From Lepidodermella squamata (Eukaryota > Animalia > Gastrotricha): a stretch of 64,000 nucleotides of DNA. How positions within the stretch are numbered: position 1 is the stretch's first letter; each line of letters opens with the position of its first letter. Positions 62,084-64,000 of the stretch are shown here, one piece after another. Below the pieces are notes generated by a model. That model saw only the letters and a list, made by a program, of their open reading frames with translations. It made no database searches and had not been told where the DNA came from. The DNA is taken from positions 806,001-870,000 of the forward strand of contig JBLDXI010000004.1 of assembly GCA_047495785.1 (NCBI GenBank). Reading direction: 5' to 3'. The translations under genes were made by a program, and so were the position numbers.

Positions 62084-63990
62084 TCATGAATGGTCCTCGC
62101 ACAAGACCTTATTTGCTTTGCTACTACAATCATATTGTAAAAACATGGGTGGGTTTTGTTCGTCGAAACTGCTGATAACAGCACAGCCATCGTTCTTTCC
62201 AATCCACTTCGAAGCAGCAAACGGAGCATCGGTGCCATCGTCCCATCTGAGGGCACCTTTTTGCCGAACGAGACCGACCCAGGTGTTCAAGGTCGAGTCA
62301 AGCACTTGTGAGGCCGCTGTAAGCTCAGCGTCTGATCTAATCTTCGCAATCGAAGCATTTCGTTCAACGCATTTCGACGTTGCTGTCCATTTGTCGCCTC
62401 CGTCATCGCCCAGGTCGTCGACCGAGTATCGTTTGACAACAGCCTTGCAACTGTCCTCGTCTTTATAGGCGACATCAGCCGGGATACGAAATTGCGTAGG
62501 CGCCTGGCAGCCTGTCGACTCGGTTACGCAATGACCCGACCCGTCACCTATGTCGACGCAGCGGAAGTAAACAGACTGCAAAAGAATTTACAGTTCCTTT
62601 ATTTTCTAACTATTTGTAAGCAATTTAACTAATTTTTTAAATTAAACCTGCCGCGAAAGTAATCCACCTTTTTGCGACTGAATCAAAGAAATAGGATCTT
62701 TCCCGGAGGGAACCCGAAATAACCCGTTAGTGGCGGCTGCTTCGTAATTTTTTGGTATTTTACCAGGTTAGAACAAATTTATTCGTACTTTTTCAATTCC
62801 AAAAGTGATAATACTTCCGAAGTGTCTACGTTTTTAAGTTTCTAAGGAAGATTTCTCAAAACGAAACTTACAGGGGGCGTTATATCCTTGAGGCAATTGT
62901 TAAAATTAAGCGTAAACGTCTGCGAGCCGGAGTACAACTTCACCTGCAATAGAAAAAATGAGTTTATAGTTCATACAAAAACTGATCCTTCGTTTAGGTT
63001 TACCTCCGATAGACCTTTAGGACAAACAGCGCGGCAAGACAGGCGGTTAGATGAATCCTTGCACGAATAAGCATTCTGTCAAAAACCACATTAATTGCTA
63101 AAATAGAAAGGATTATTACAACTTACTCCACGCAAGCAAGTTGCACGGTTGATGTAAACCTGGGTCGATGACGGCTGAGTTTCATTGCTGGCGAAACAGC
63201 CGGGGCTTTGCGGTCGGCAGTCGTTGAATTTGCCAGTGTTCGCATCGAAACAGCGGACGTGAGGCTTTTCGCTAACCGGAACTGTAACTGAAATTCATAA
63301 AAAAAAATACCCGGCATTGAATCGCAACCGAATTTCCACTCCGAATAACGCACTCATTCCATTGGTACAAGACGCGAGATTTGGATACAAATCTGAATTT
63401 ACAGGGGTCTTTTGGAACAAATAAAATTCTCACAAATAAAACTGAATAAACCAACTAGGAAGTGACTCACCCAGTTTTCAGGGCATTTGTACGGGTCAGG
63501 GACGCAAGTTTTGATGACGCCATTCGACATGCAGCGCCTGAATTTTAGAGTCTGAAAATGACAAAGGTTAAATCTAACTTTAGTTCAGCTAGTTTCTGAA
63601 TTATTACCTCAAAGGCAGCCACCTTTTTCACGCATTCGTTAAAGTTGAATTTCAAGCTCAACAACGGCCCAGGATCGTTAAACAGAAACGTCTGAAACAT
63701 TGATTTTCCATAAAATTACCAGTTTTGAAAGGTATGGGTAGCGATCTTCATTCGCTCGCATTGTAATTTTACGAAATTTCTAGCAATTGAATGTGGCTTA
63801 CCGGCATTTCACCCGGGTTGTTACATCCGACGCTTCCAGGTACACAGAACGGGGTGAGAGCCTCGTATTTGTAGCACATTCGAGCAAGCTAAAGACACAT
63901 TTAAAGGAGTTAAACATAACTGAGCGAATGACATGTGACTACACAGACCCCTGCGTTGCAACTGGTGGAATGTAGGAAAGGCGCGCCCAG
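62084..63990 (-). CDS. Subtype E gene E2; exons 2-10 intact, exon 1 beyond the window end
   Basis: LGAPFLHSTSCNAG / LARMCYKYEALTPFCVPGSVGC... / SVYFRCVDIGDGSGHC...WVGLVRQKGALRWDDG...KVLCEDHS-stop, all in frame. Confidence 0.85.
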
Positions 63991-64000
63991 CTATAGAGAT

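Overview
Eukaryotic, animal-like genomic DNA: AT-rich, with many short GT-AG introns and no prokaryotic features, so the ORF track only shows exon fragments. Splicing the exons by hand shows that most of the window is a tandem cluster of about 15 copies or remnants of one gene family I do not recognise. The proteins have a signal peptide, then 4-6 copies of a ~45-55 aa four-cysteine repeat (C-x8-10-C-x3/6-C-x16-26-C, usually starting RC and with F/Y 6-7 residues before the last Cys), then one or two C-type-lectin-like domains (CTLDs) without the canonical EPN/QPD and WND motifs. There are five subtypes (A-E, my labels). All share a 9-exon core and add either or both of two phase-0 3' cassettes. 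Copies that look intact: C (47792-49883, -), D1 (50438-53208, +), probably D2 (54103-58407, +) and E2 (62084 to beyond the window end, -). Four other copies have their first stop at the repeat/CTLD junction; the rest are decayed. An A-B-C-D block occurs twice. Also present: a nearly intact 5.2-kb APE-RT non-LTR retrotransposon between 3.55-kb near-identical direct repeats, CR1/L2-like and RLE-type LINE fragments, and many non-autonomous DNA elements (hAT, CMC-like, Tc1-like, foldback, HINE-like). One hAT element carries a 5S rRNA-like fragment. All calls were made by eye without database searches; boundaries of decayed features are approximate.
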